From the NCBI RefSeq assembly GCF_009914755.1, contig NC_060925.1: 64,000 nucleotides of DNA; one strand, given 5' to 3'. Source of the stretch: the human T2T-CHM13v2.0 reference genome, Homo sapiens. The notes under the pieces are model-generated. The model did not search any database. It was given only the letters and a program-made list of their open reading frames with translations, and was not told the origin of the DNA. Of this stretch, positions 48,900 through 61,578 are shown in pieces. The position numbers were made by a program, and so were the translations under genes. Within the stretch, counting starts at the first letter, position 1. Each line of letters begins with the position of its first letter.

Positions 48900-50990
48900 T
48901 GACTACCCCTTCTATTTTACTATGGTCTCTGGATCCTTTATTCCAATGCTGACTTCCTTACATCTTCAACCTCTTCAGACCTGTGAGCCAAGAGGAGGAC
49001 TTGGCCCTCTCCTGGCTTCCCTCAGTGGCTTCCAAACCACCGATGATTCCCACTCTGGTAAAAGTTTATCCTTCCTGAGCCTCATATTGTTCCACAGTCC
49101 CATTTCTAGCCCTCCTTGGTAACATCATTTACTGTCTCCTGCAGACTTTCTGTCTTTCACTGAAGACTTTGGTATACAAATCATTATCTCCCTCTTCACC
49201 CTCACCAGTAGAACCCAAATCTGGATCAATGCTCCATCAGCATTCTCTATCCCTATGCCTGGATGGCTAAAAACTGATGACAAAGCAAATAGCTCTGCAA
49301 ATTGGAGCCGCTGCAAATTCATGATCTCCCAGCTTAATTGCTTCCTCAATCCTATCCCATTAATCTTTACCAGAGATGGAAGAAAAGGTCTCTAGTAAAC
49401 AAAGCAGCAAGTTGTATGGAGTCTGTGCCATTATCAATTTTTCCAAATCAAAGCTCCAAATCAGCCTCAATATATGCTCTGTGATAAAGCATTTCTCTAT
49501 TAAAGTGAGCATGATATTAAGCTTTCTCACGAGAGAGCCCTGGAGGGATGTTGCAGGAAGAAGGGCTCTCCTGAGGCTTCGGGTTGTAGCCTGGTGGGTC
49601 AACAGTGTGGGTGTGGGGACATCTGGAGGTGCTTGGCCTCAGCCACTAGCCCAGAAGGCATTGTACTTTGGCGGCTTTGCAGCCCCAGTATGGCCTAGTG
49701 ATCATCTTACTGCTGCCTTCTCCATACAGACACCCTGTGCTCCAGCCTCCTGCTGGCATTGGCTGCCTGGTTGCTTGCACTCACCCCAGTCCTCAGGTCC
49801 ATCTCCCACAATCCTCTTGATGCTGTGCCCCTCTCAATCTCATTTTCCTTCCCAAGTGAACTCCAGGCCTCTTGCAGCACTAAGGCCCCACTCCTGCTGC
49901 ATTGCCAGGCACTGGCCACCAGCTATGGCTCCCAGCCTTGCCTGCCCTCTAGCATATTCTTCCCTGCTCGTCCTGTGACTGCAGTTCTGACCAGCAAACC
50001 AGCAAACTTCCCTACCATCTGCTGAGTTCAACTACACATTCTATAATGAGATTTGAACCACAGTCTTGGGAAGGGTGCCACCTTCCAAGTTTGTGCCTCT
50101 CTCTCCTTCTGCTCTGAGCTGCCATGTATAGAGTATTCTTATAGTCTATGGTCACTTTACTATCATATCTTAATCATTTTAATTCTTTCTGTTAAACTTC
50201 CTCTGTTTAAATCATGGTGTGGTTTTAATCTCCTGAAACAAGACTGCTAGATCTCTGGTCAAGGGAAGATTTGTCTACAGTTACTGCTTCCATTTCTTGA
50301 TTTCCTATCCATTCTTTATCCTACTGCACTCCAGCTTCCACCCCTGCCATTTCACTGGAAATGTTTGCTCCAAGATCACCAACAGCCTTCTTGCTAACTC
50401 TAGTGGAAAACATTTTGGACTTCATCTTATTTGACTTATCTGCTCCATCTGACACTGATTGATTGCCTTTATTTTGTGACACTACATTTGCCTAGTTTTC
50501 CTTCTACTTCTTTGACAATCGTTTCTCAGTCTCCTTCAAAGACCTTTCTTCTCTTGGCCTATTTATTCTTCTGGTGTTTTTTAGGATTCTGTCCTTGATC
50601 TTCCCACTTTGTGTAATTCCTTAGGTGACTTCTTCCATTCCCATTATTTCGACTCTCATTTACATGTGGGCACATCTCAGATCTGTATGTTCAGAGCTCA
50701 GTAGTTGAGATCTCTGTTCTTAGCCCTATCTTCCCTCTGTCCATCTTCACCTGGATGATTCACAGGCAACTCACACTCAATGTGTCCAAATGACCATTTT
50801 CTTTGCCAAATCTGCTTTTCTCTTCCATTTTCTGCACCAGTGAATGATACCGCCAATCACTTCACCCAAGGCAGGCACCTGGAAGTTATCACATGTTTTT
50901 GTTTCTTCTCCCACTTCCAAATACATCAGTCACCAAGTCCTATTGATTTTCCTAAGTTGTTCTTGAATCTCCTCATTTCTTTCCATCCCC
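48900..50990 (+). mobile_element. L2 fragments interrupted by an LTR16-like LTR (~49400-50250)
   Basis: L2 motifs (ccaagatcaccaa, ctcacactcaatgtgtccaaa); LTR 3' motif aaacttcctctgtttaaatc..gtgtggttt. Confidence 0.5.
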
Positions 50991-51159
50991 ATGGCCCGTA
51001 TGTTAGTAAGGGGGTGAAATCTGAATGAATACATAGAAAACTCATTCAGAAATAAGGAGCAACATAAGGGAGGGCATTCCAAATGGTGGTTACAGCTTGT
51101 ACAAAGGCATGGAGGCATGAAACAGCATAATCTGAACCCATGTTGTGCTTCACCATACC

Positions 51160-51626
51160 TGTCATGATGTTTTATGTGTCAGCCTGGCTCGGCTATAGTC
51201 CCAGTTATTTAATCAAATACGAATCCAGGTACTACTGTGAAGGTAGTTTTGTGGATTTGTTTAATATCTGCTATCAGTTGACTTTAAGTAAATGAATCTA
51301 CCCTCAATAATATGAGTAACTCTCATCCAACAAGTTGAAGGCCTTAAGAATAAAAACTGAGGTTTCTCAGAAAAAAAGAAATTTTGCCTTAAGACTAAAT
51401 TAGCGCCTGAGTTTCCAGACTGCCTAAAATTTTCAAACTTTACACACACCCACACACATATGCTTACACACATACACACATATACATACACATACATGCC
51501 CACACACACACACCACACACACATGCCCACACATACACAGCATATACACACACACAATGTACACACATATACATACACAGAGATGAACACACACTCATAT
51601 GTTTCTCGGGAAGACTGATGGATACA
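51160..51626 (+). mobile_element. MLT2B-like LTR containing a degenerate (CA/TA)n tract at 51442-51595
   Basis: ttttatgtgtcagcctggc, cagttgactttaagtaaa, caagttgaaggcctta. Confidence 0.8.
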
Positions 51627-54600
51627 CCTGCAGAATTCCTGTACTTGGCCTCCTTGGCCAGAGATTCACTCATGGTTGTCTGGCTCCATAGGTGGGTCTA
51701 ACTTAGAGTCTGATATTCTGCATTTAAATCCTTTTACCATGCAGCTGTATCAAAAGATATGAAAACCAAACATCATGTTTCTTCATATCTCATATATAGA
51801 ATCGTGGTATTTGTAGTAAGAACTGTATTTTTTAATGGTTGGTAATAGACTTTGTTGAAATGTTTGTTTGTGAGAAAAGATAAGACAAAAACATCAGGAG
51901 AAAACCAGTGTGTTTATCAGTCAATAAAATGGCCTGACAGCTTTAGCAAAGATTAGTAATTAATTTCTCCTTTGGTTAGAAAAAGAAATAATTAATGAGT
52001 TTAGCACATAGATGGGAAGAAATCAAGAACTAAATTCCATTTTGGCTACTGTCTCACTCATTTTTTTAAAGAAAAAACAAAAACAAAGAGAAGCTATGAG
52101 AACAAGGAGGGAGAAGTATCTGCTTACTGGTACATTTCATTTAATTTCTGGTGTTGAGAACTAGTAGAAAAAAAAAGTCTTGTCAAGTTAGCATTTGTAG
52201 CAGTTAGGAGAGCCCAGTTATACTGAGTATCTAGTAATTTGAAGGAGGTTAAACACTCTTGAATTAAATTTACCTTGAGAAATGATCATTATCAGTATTT
52301 CTGCAATCCAAAGAAGTTTTCCTCAACTACCATGCTGAGATGTTACATCATATTTATATTAAGGGAGCATCCCCAAGCATGGGCTCCTTACTCGGGAACG
52401 ATTCAGCAGAACCAGGGACCCCCAGAAATGATGCTGTGACTCATGCTAACCCCACAGTTCCTGCATAGAACTAAGAGGATTCATTCCTTTGTTCATTAGT
52501 CAGACAAATATTTTTGAGACTTGGTTTTTTTCCCTCCCAACTTCAGGGAAGAGATGAAGAAAAAAAGCACCAGCATACTTTTAAAGGATTTTTTTTTAGC
52601 AGAAACGAGTCAATTTTGAATTAAACTGGACTGAAAAACTTTGAGTTAAGAATCTAATATCATATGGCAGATTTTTAGCTTCCTGACAGTTCCTTGCACT
52701 TAGAATGTGCATTAAAATAATTATGGAAGGCATTACCCGAAATGCAATTCAATTATCAATTGAAAGGCATCAGGGAATCACAGAGTAAGCTCAAGGAAAC
52801 CTTAATAATAGTATAACAACGGAGAGCTGACAATTTTGGGGTGGGATTTAAATGCATTAATAACTGTCTCAAAAAGGATCTTTAAAATTCAGTTTTCCTG
52901 TCTGAAGTTTTCAAGTAAAATTTGATTTGACCTTTCTCTTAAAGACCAAAATTTGCCAGACAACCAAGTTTGTAGATCCCCTGCTGGTCTTTATGACAAA
53001 TTTCAGTCTTATATGATGCTAAGAGTCAGAATCTACACAAAAGCCAGGAACTTTTCTGGATTCTGTTGTGGAAATTTCCATTTCTGTGTCTCATCTTAAC
53101 ATTACCACCACCACACCACCATTTTAATGTTATAAATATTCTGGAAAGGCATAAGGAGTTGGTAAAATAAGGTGTCAAGCACTTTCTTAGCACTCAAACA
53201 TTTTGTTCAGTTGAAAGAATAAGAATTAGTGAAATCTAGATGGTGATGGGAATTCTAAAATGTTTTAGGTAGAGGCACTAGATCATTATTCTAGCCTGAA
53301 ATGCAGATACTATGAAGGCTATGATGCTATATACATTCAAATAATAGGCTTATCCCAAAGATTCCATTTATGGGATCTGATTCTACTCCAGATAAAGGCA
53401 CACCTGCTTTCAACCTCAATTTGACATTTGTGGAAAGTAAGTAGTACTGTGAGAGATAAAACAAATTAATTAACTAAAAAAGATACAGTCTTAGTTACAT
53501 TGTAAATGTTACAAATATTATCATTTAATATGAACACATACTAAGTCCTTAAGAATAGAATCTGACATATAATCTGCACTTGAATGTTTGCTAAAAATAT
53601 TAATTAAATAAGCATATGATTGTTTTTATATAACAGGAAAACTTTCAGGATTCTTTCCTTATTTCGTAGTAGTTGGTCACATTTAACACACACAAAAAAA
53701 TGCTATTTCAGTTCAGTTCAAGTCGAAGTAACTATTCAGTATTGGATATCCAGCCATGCATTGGTTTTGCATTAGTTATGCATTAACAGGAGACTATTTG
53801 GCAGTGGTGTCAATTCTGGACCCTCAAAGAATTTATACACTCTATCCATTGCTGAATTAAAAATGCTACAGATGGACTTGCAACAGAGAAACCCTCCCTC
53901 TCTTTTTATGACTCCCTCATCCCCAGAAGCTGCAGGGGCAGGATTTGCTTCTTGGTAGCAGCTGAACCCTTGCCAAGAGTTGGTCTCAGGAGTGGCTGCT
54001 GTGAGGACTAGTCATCACCACCGTTTGGGAAGGGGTGGGGATGGTGGCTAAGCTCTTTCCGCTTGGCTTGCATCCCAGGAGGAGGGAGGATACTGGAAGT
54101 GGAAGGAGTGGGATGGATGAGAATGAGGCAGACTGGCATGTAACTGTGGCTGTCAGCTCCCAAAGGTTGGGCTTTTCTCAAATGTCACCAAAGGAGCACT
54201 AAAGGCAAGGTTTGTAAACAACCACAGAGATAATAAGAGGCTGGGAAACAAGACTCAGTAAAAGGTTTAAGGAACCAGGATGATTTCTTCTAAAGAAGGG
54301 AAGTCTGAGCAATCTGTATCGGGGGCTGCTTTTGATTCAGTAGAAAGAAATAATTCTACAGTTTACTGAGCACTTACATAATGAGACAGGCATTTTGAGA
54401 TATTGATCACCACTGTATCTTAATAGTAACCCTATAAAGGATCACTTTATGAATGAGGAAACCAAGGCTCTCACAAGTTCAGCAAGTTACTCAAATCACA
54501 CAGATAATATGGATGAGGCTGGGACTCTTTCAGATCAGCCTGACCACCATGATCCTTACATGGCAAGGCCTGCTCCATGAAGTGTCCTACACACAGATGG

Positions 54601-54812
54601 ATTTGGCTACAATCCTGGAGTTGAGGGTCTAGAAGGGTAGGATCATGGTCTGTATAAACTTCTCAGGCCTCTAGTTGTCTATCTTGTGTCTGCTAACAGC
54701 AACATGAATTTCATCTTTCTTCATCCCACCCTACTCAACAGATGCCACACTTGTTGTCAGCCAATAGGACTCCACTCAAATCTCTAAGTGACTCCAAGAC
54801 ATAATGGCAGTT

Positions 54813-54815
<3 letters not shown>

Positions 54816-54857
<42 letters not shown>
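54816..54857. repeat. (AC)21 perfect microsatellite
   Basis: Directly visible. Confidence 0.97.
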
Positions 54858-54859
<2 letters not shown>

Positions 54860-56539
54860 CCCTCAATGCTTTAGGATTGACGTCATTTATTTAACTAAAA
54901 CAGCCAATGCTTTCCAGTAAAGAAGTGTAGGAATCTGACTTGGCCAGTGTTTCCTGGAGAGTTAAACAGTGAAATGAAATGAAATAAAATAAATAAAATA
55001 AAATAGAATGTCATTACTATAAAGATGCTTCTGGCTGAAACCAACAATGTTATTTCAATAACAGTCCTTCCCCTGCAACCACATCCTGGGGCCATGGGTG
55101 GCACCATTACGAAATGATGTTAGTTTATGTCTGACATTCCTAAAACTAGAGAAAGGCAGAAAAGGACCTGGATCACCTGGTCCCGTTCTACATCACTCAT
55201 GAGGAATATGCCACCAGATAATCTTGGTTCAGACACAACCAGGATTAGAATTTATGTTTCCTGACTACTCCAGGATTATCCCACTAGGCTCCAACATAGA
55301 AATAGATCTTCCTAGGTCCCAGAAAATGTTAAGACTCATTCCCATTTAGTCTTATATGTTGATTTTTTTTCAGGCCAAGTACACAAACTCTAATCTCAGT
55401 TACCCAACCTTTCTACTTCATCTCCCAGCTCTGGTCCCATGTATCCTACGCTCCAGCCTCACCCTACTCCGTGCTGTCTCCTGATTAGCCCGTGCATGCT
55501 TACAACTCTCAAATTTTGCTCATGTACTTCCCTGGACATGGAATTTACCTACTGCTTAAACTGGTAAACTCTTATTCATCATTCAAAGCCCAGCTCAAAA
55601 TAGTCATTTCTGTGAAAACTTCCAAATCTTATGCTCAATTACAATTAATAGATACCAGTAGTGTGGTGTTTATCATAACGTATTGTATTTCCCACTTCCA
55701 AAGAAAGACATGTCTTTATTACATTCACTGATATAAGCACCTCTGCTGCTTTCCCATCTTTGTGCTCTCCTCCTTTCTCTGTTGTTTGGCATCAGGGGCA
55801 TTTTTCCTTAGGAAGTACCCATAATTCTGGAGATGTAAGAGGGGTCAGGTGAAGGCTGGAGAGTGGAAAGCAGGATGCTAATCTATTGGGATTTGCTCTG
55901 GGTTTAAGATAAAGAAAAGTAATGGGGACCTTAGGTTTCTATGAAGATTATATTTCCCAGGTCATGGAACTTGGAAAAGAGGCAGTAGTTGAGTGCAGAA
56001 ATCCTTTCCAGAAATGGAAACATTTGTTTGAGCTGTGCTTGGAGTTCAACTGGAGCTTGCACGAGAGCAAAAAAACTTCAAACCCCTGCCATATAGTCGC
56101 ACTTAATAAATATTTGCTCTGTTGGCTTGAACTGAGGAAAACTCTCTGACAATACGTAAATTAATTCTTCATCCAGACCTGGTGTTAAATATAGATAGGT
56201 TATGCAAACCCCAAAAGTTCCTCTAACCCCGCTCCATTAGATTCTTGGGACTAAGTCCCTGAATGGTCCCTGTCATATTAGGGATTAGGCTACTACCAAC
56301 CATTACCACCATGGCCCTGATTTGTTTCTCCAACTGACTAGTTAGTTAGCCAGCATCTGGGGAATAATGAAAGTGAAATTCAGATGCTGAGGGAATATAT
56401 TTGGAAATTCCTGAAATGCTGTGAAGGCGGACACCATGGGAAAATGTGCTGAGAAAACTTAATGGGAAAATTTTATAATGTGCACAGGTGTAAGGAAGAC
56501 ATTAAGAGTCTGGAGGTGACTAGGAAGAACGTGAGTTAA

Positions 56540-56722
56540 GAATAGAGGGAAGTGGGGAGAGCATCAGGATAAACAGCTAATGCATGTGGCCCTTAATACC
56601 TAGGGGATAGGTTGGTAGGTGCGGCAAACCACCATGCACACATTTACCTATGTAACAAACCTGCACGTCCTGCACATGTATCCTGGAACTTAAAATAAAA
56701 TTTTTTTTTAAAAAAAGAAAAG
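56540..56722 (+). mobile_element. L1PA13/14-like 3' end
   Basis: tttacctatgtaacaaacctgcacgtcctgcacatgtatcctggaacttaaaataaaa. Confidence 0.85.
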
Positions 56723-57322
56723 ATAAAAGCCAACAATTGAGCAAGCATGTAGATTGCCTTTGTTTGGCTTCTCAAGTTCTCTCTGGGTGCAGCCATGTTC
56801 ACCCCAAGTCCATGCCCCTAAACTGTTAGTCACCAGCCAGAGAATGGGACACATGACTTATAAAAGCCTGAAGAAGTCCACTGTCATCTAAGAGTCCATT
56901 ATGTTCTTCTTCTGGAAGCTGACCAGGGATCACAGCACCACAGCAATTTGGAGCTGCCCAGGACCTGTTATCAGCTAGTCCAGTTCTCTTACAGAAAGAC
57001 AAAATGCCAAATCTCAAAGAACTTAAAGAATGTTCTCAAGGTCACAATTAGGCCCTAATTCTCACTCTGGGCTTTTTGTGCACTGCACTGTCTCTCAACA
57101 TTTTTACCAAACTAACTAAGAGATTTATATTAAAAATTATTTTTCTATAAATCATCATATTTTCAAGGATAGTATTCATCCTCTCAACTCATAACCATCT
57201 CTTTATAGGTCATAATCACCCTTTTGCCCCCCAAAAACCACCTCATCCTGAAATGCCCTAAGGAAGGTATTTTACTGGTTGTATCTATAGGCTTATAATG
57301 GGCTTGGGAATATGGTTTAGTG

Positions 57323-57905
57323 CAGAGGTCCCCAACTTTTTCAGCACCAGGAACCAGTTTCCTGGGACACAATTTTTCCAAGGACCAGGAAAGGGATGAT
57401 TTTGGGATGATTCAAGCACATTAAATTTATTGTGCATTTTATTCCTATTATTATTACATTGTAAATTATAATGAAATAATTACACAGCTCATCATAATGT
57501 AGAATCAGTGGGAGCCCTGAGCTTGTTTTCCTGCAACTAGACAATTCTGTCTGAGGGTAATGGGAGACAGTGACTGATCATCAGGCATTAGATTCTCATA
57601 AGGTGCCTGCAACCTAGATCCCTCGCAGGTACAGTTCACAATAGGATTCGCACTCCTTTGAGAATCTAATGCCAGGGAGCTCAGGTGATAATACAACTGA
57701 TAGGGAGCAGCTGTAAATACTACGTAAGTTATCAGTAAGGCTTCCAGTCAACAGTAGGCTATTAGTAGTTACATTTTTGGGGAAGTTGAAAGTTACAGAT
57801 GGATTTTTGACTGCACAGAGGGCCATCACCCCTCACCCCGAATTGCTCAAGAGCCAACCGTACTCAGTCTCAGGTATTTTGTTATAGCAGCACAAATGAA
57901 CTACA
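57323..57905. mobile_element. MER1A-like hAT element joined to a Tigger-type fragment and a MaLR LTR end
   Basis: cagaggtccccaactttt, gcattagattctcataagg; then gttgaaagttacagatggattttt; then ctcaggtattttgttatagcagc. Confidence 0.7.
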
Positions 57906-58819
57906 AGAAGCTCTTTCTTTTCTGAGTACTTTTTACATAGATCATTTCATTGAATACTTACAATAGCCCCATGTAAGGACTTATGTACCATTATACAACT
58001 TTATAGGTGAGGAAACTGATCCACAGAGCAGCTAGGTAACGTTTCCTGAGTCATGCAGCTAAAAGGTGTCAGAGTCTGGGTTCATAACTACACTCTTGAG
58101 TACTATACAACATTGCCTCTTAAACAACACATAGCCTCTGCTCACCCTTTCTACCCCATTTTTGTCATTTCTAGCTTGCAAATTAAGTTCTAACTATACT
58201 AAGTCACTTACATTCCCCAATATCTATCCTGTTTCTCCTTGCTTCCTCTTCCTGAAATGCCCTTCTTCCGGCCTCTTCACCTGCATAATTCCTATTTCTC
58301 TTGCAGGCCTCAGCTCAGATAGTGTCTCCTCCTGGCAACGAGTCTTCCTTGCTATCACTCATCCCCAAAACAAAGCCCAGGATGACTCTGCCTTTTATGC
58401 ATGCCCATGGCCCCTGTGCTTACTCCTCCTCACCCTTATCACACTGTGTAAGTTTGCCCTTTATTTATTTTTATGTTGCCGGGGACAGTGAGATGCCTGA
58501 GTGCAAGACTTCCATCAGGATGAGCTTGTGTTCCATGTGCCCAGCATCATGGCAGGCACATAGGAAAGTAAACAGAGATGAAGCAGGAGACCTGGCACTT
58601 ATAGATGCTGTCCCCCATACTTAACTTCTAAAAGGATGTAAGTTGCTGAGTACAAGGACATTTGTCAATTTTATTCACTGATGTACCCCCAAGAACCTAG
58701 AATTGTGCCTGGCACGTGGAGAGTACTCAGTAACATTTGTTGAATGACATAAAATAAAATTTATCTGTATTTTTTAACAATGTCATTTAGTTGGAAATGT
58801 TATATTGAAAAGCATTTTT

Positions 58820-58894
58820 CTTTTTCTTTTTATTATTATTATACTTTAAGTTTTAGGGTACATGTGCACAATGTGCAGGTTTGTTACATATGTA
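58820..58894 (-). mobile_element. Very short L1PA3-like 3' end with tail
   Basis: Reverse complement reads tacatatgtaacaaacctgcacattgtgcacatgtaccctaaaacttaaagtataat + A-tail. Confidence 0.92.
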
Positions 58895-58899
58895 CTTTT

Positions 58900-59204
<305 letters not shown>

Positions 59205-60847
59205 TTACTCTAAAGTTTTCTAATACCCAACCTCTTATTGGGTATATATTTAAATGTTAATTAGTTATTGACTTTATTTTTTTCTGTGGTTTACAAAGAT
59301 GCATGCATGTTGACAGATTTTGCAAAATATATATTATTGTACATGTTTGAAGAATTTCCAAAAGGATGTTATTTATAATTTTTATTCAAAATAATACATG
59401 TCAAGAGGAAAAATTATGACAATAAAAACTAACGATAATCATCTTGCCAGGGTAATCACCAATTTTAACATTTGGGTATCCTTCAAGTTCTTACATTATT
59501 TTTGCCTTATCTCCCAGTCTATTAATAAACATGATATATGTGTAATATGTGTGGTATATATACCAAATATTTATGTACGGATTGAAAGAAAAAATATGCA
59601 TGTGCATATATATGTATGATATACATATACTATATATGGTTTTCTAAGTGTATTATACATACTGTCTTCTAATTTCCTTTATTCACTTAACAATTTATTA
59701 TGAATGTATTTCTCTGCCAGTAAATATTTCTCCACATTGTCATTTAACCTAGTTTATGGATTTATCCTCTGTCAGACAGTAAGCAGCATGACTTATCTGA
59801 TTCAATGATTTATACCATGTGAGATCTAGTATAGTAGCCATCAACAAATACCTGTTGAATGGATGAGTATTGTATTTAAGTCCCTAAGTGCATCTTTGGT
59901 GATTTCCACTGGAAACATTTTATTTTCAGGGCTAATGTCTCAGTGAAGCATCATTTACCTCAGAGGGGTGGACAGCAACCGGAGCAACCTTGGCCCATAG
60001 GAGGAGGAGAATGACAAGCAAACTGGAGGCAGGAGCCATTTCTGAGCCTCATGAGGCACTGGAATCTGGAAGCACAACTCTGGAACTCCATTAGTATCCT
60101 ATTCTTGCTGCTCTAAGTGCCCGGCTTTATTCTGACCTCTCACTGAGAAGAGTTTTCTCTGCTCTGTGGACAAACAGAGCTATCACAGAACAGACCTCTC
60201 ACGTCACGCATTTTTCTTCAAGCAATGAACAGAGTATAGCTAGCACCTTTAAGTCTCATCTCCATCCTCATAGAGAGAAGAGAGAATCTGATCTGCTCAC
60301 TTGAGTCAGGGGTCCACATTGGGTTCAGTCTGCTTGTAGCAGGGAGACAGAACAAATAGGGACAACTCTTCAGTGAGAAAGGCAAGTGTCAGAGAAGGGG
60401 GATCATGAGCCAGTATTGTTAGAGGCAATTCAATAGATTAACCCCAGGTGTATGTCTTGGAGAGAAGTAGAAATGAATAGGAGTATAGATACTACTAGAA
60501 TTGAGGCACACAACGATTTTTCCCCTAGCATTTCCAGCAATCATTTGTCTGATGGTTCTGTATCTCCAAGGACCTACCCTCTGCAGAACCGTGAAACAAG
60601 TCAGGTTTGTCATCTGTGCTGTGCCAGCTCAGCTCTCCTTCACAATAAATGCTTCCATTCCATGAATTATTCAGATTCAGAATTTCAGCTTCAGGTGCTT
60701 GGGAGATGGCTGGTCTCAGAGCTGGTGGTACAGCTACATTGTACCATAAAACTTATTCATATTAAAACTTATTTATATGTACCTCAAAAGATTAAACTGG
60801 GAGATAAGGTGTGGCATTTTTCCCCCTATTGTGACCCAAGGGACAAG

Positions 60848-60932
60848 TTTTTAAATTTTTATTTTTATTTCAATAGTGTTTGGGGTACAGGTGGTTTTTG
60901 GTTACATGGATAAGTTCTTTGGTGGTGATTTC
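60848..60932 (-). mobile_element. L1MA1/2-like 3' end fragment
   Basis: atttcaatagtgtttggggtacaggtggtttttggttacatggataagttcttt. Confidence 0.75.
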
Positions 60933-61578
60933 TCCCTGCTGTGCAGAAGCCCAGACCCGTCCCCATCCCCTGGAAGCCCCCCACCAATGCTCATGAAACA
61001 ATGCTCTGTTCCTTCAGCATACTGTTCACTTTCTGCAAACCTAATGAACAAAGTCTATACTAAGTTAGCAACTGTGGACTTATTTTTATATACTCCTCTC
61101 ATTTCAGAGGGGATTAAGGGCAGCTTATGGGGATACCTAAAATAAAGCAAGATAGCTTAAGTAAAAGTAGGAAAGAAAAACAATGAAAGGAACATAAAAT
61201 GACACCAGGGATAAGGATAATTTTAAACATGTTTCTTTCTACCCATGTGTTTTCTAAGAGTAGGTTATTATTTGTCTCAATGTTTTAATAACAAGAACTA
61301 AAAAAAAATGAATCAATTGCGCAATTCATAGTGTTTAGGTAAAAACTGACCTATTGCTTAGAAGTCATTCTTAGAATTAAGACTAAAATGGAATTGCTCT
61401 TATGTCCCTAATAAAGATGACACAATTTAATATCATAAAGATTCTTCTTAAAGACAAATTTATTCAGGCCATGGTATGGCTGATAATATCACACCGAGAG
61501 CTAAAGCAAGGGGCCAGCCTGCAAGGCACTTTCCTGGAGTGCTAGTTTATAAGAAACATTAAAACATTGTCTTTGGAT

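Noticed and set aside
49376-49978. 200-aa plus-strand ORF
   Set aside because: Overlaps degenerate LTR/L2 sequence; no recognisable homology or splice structure.
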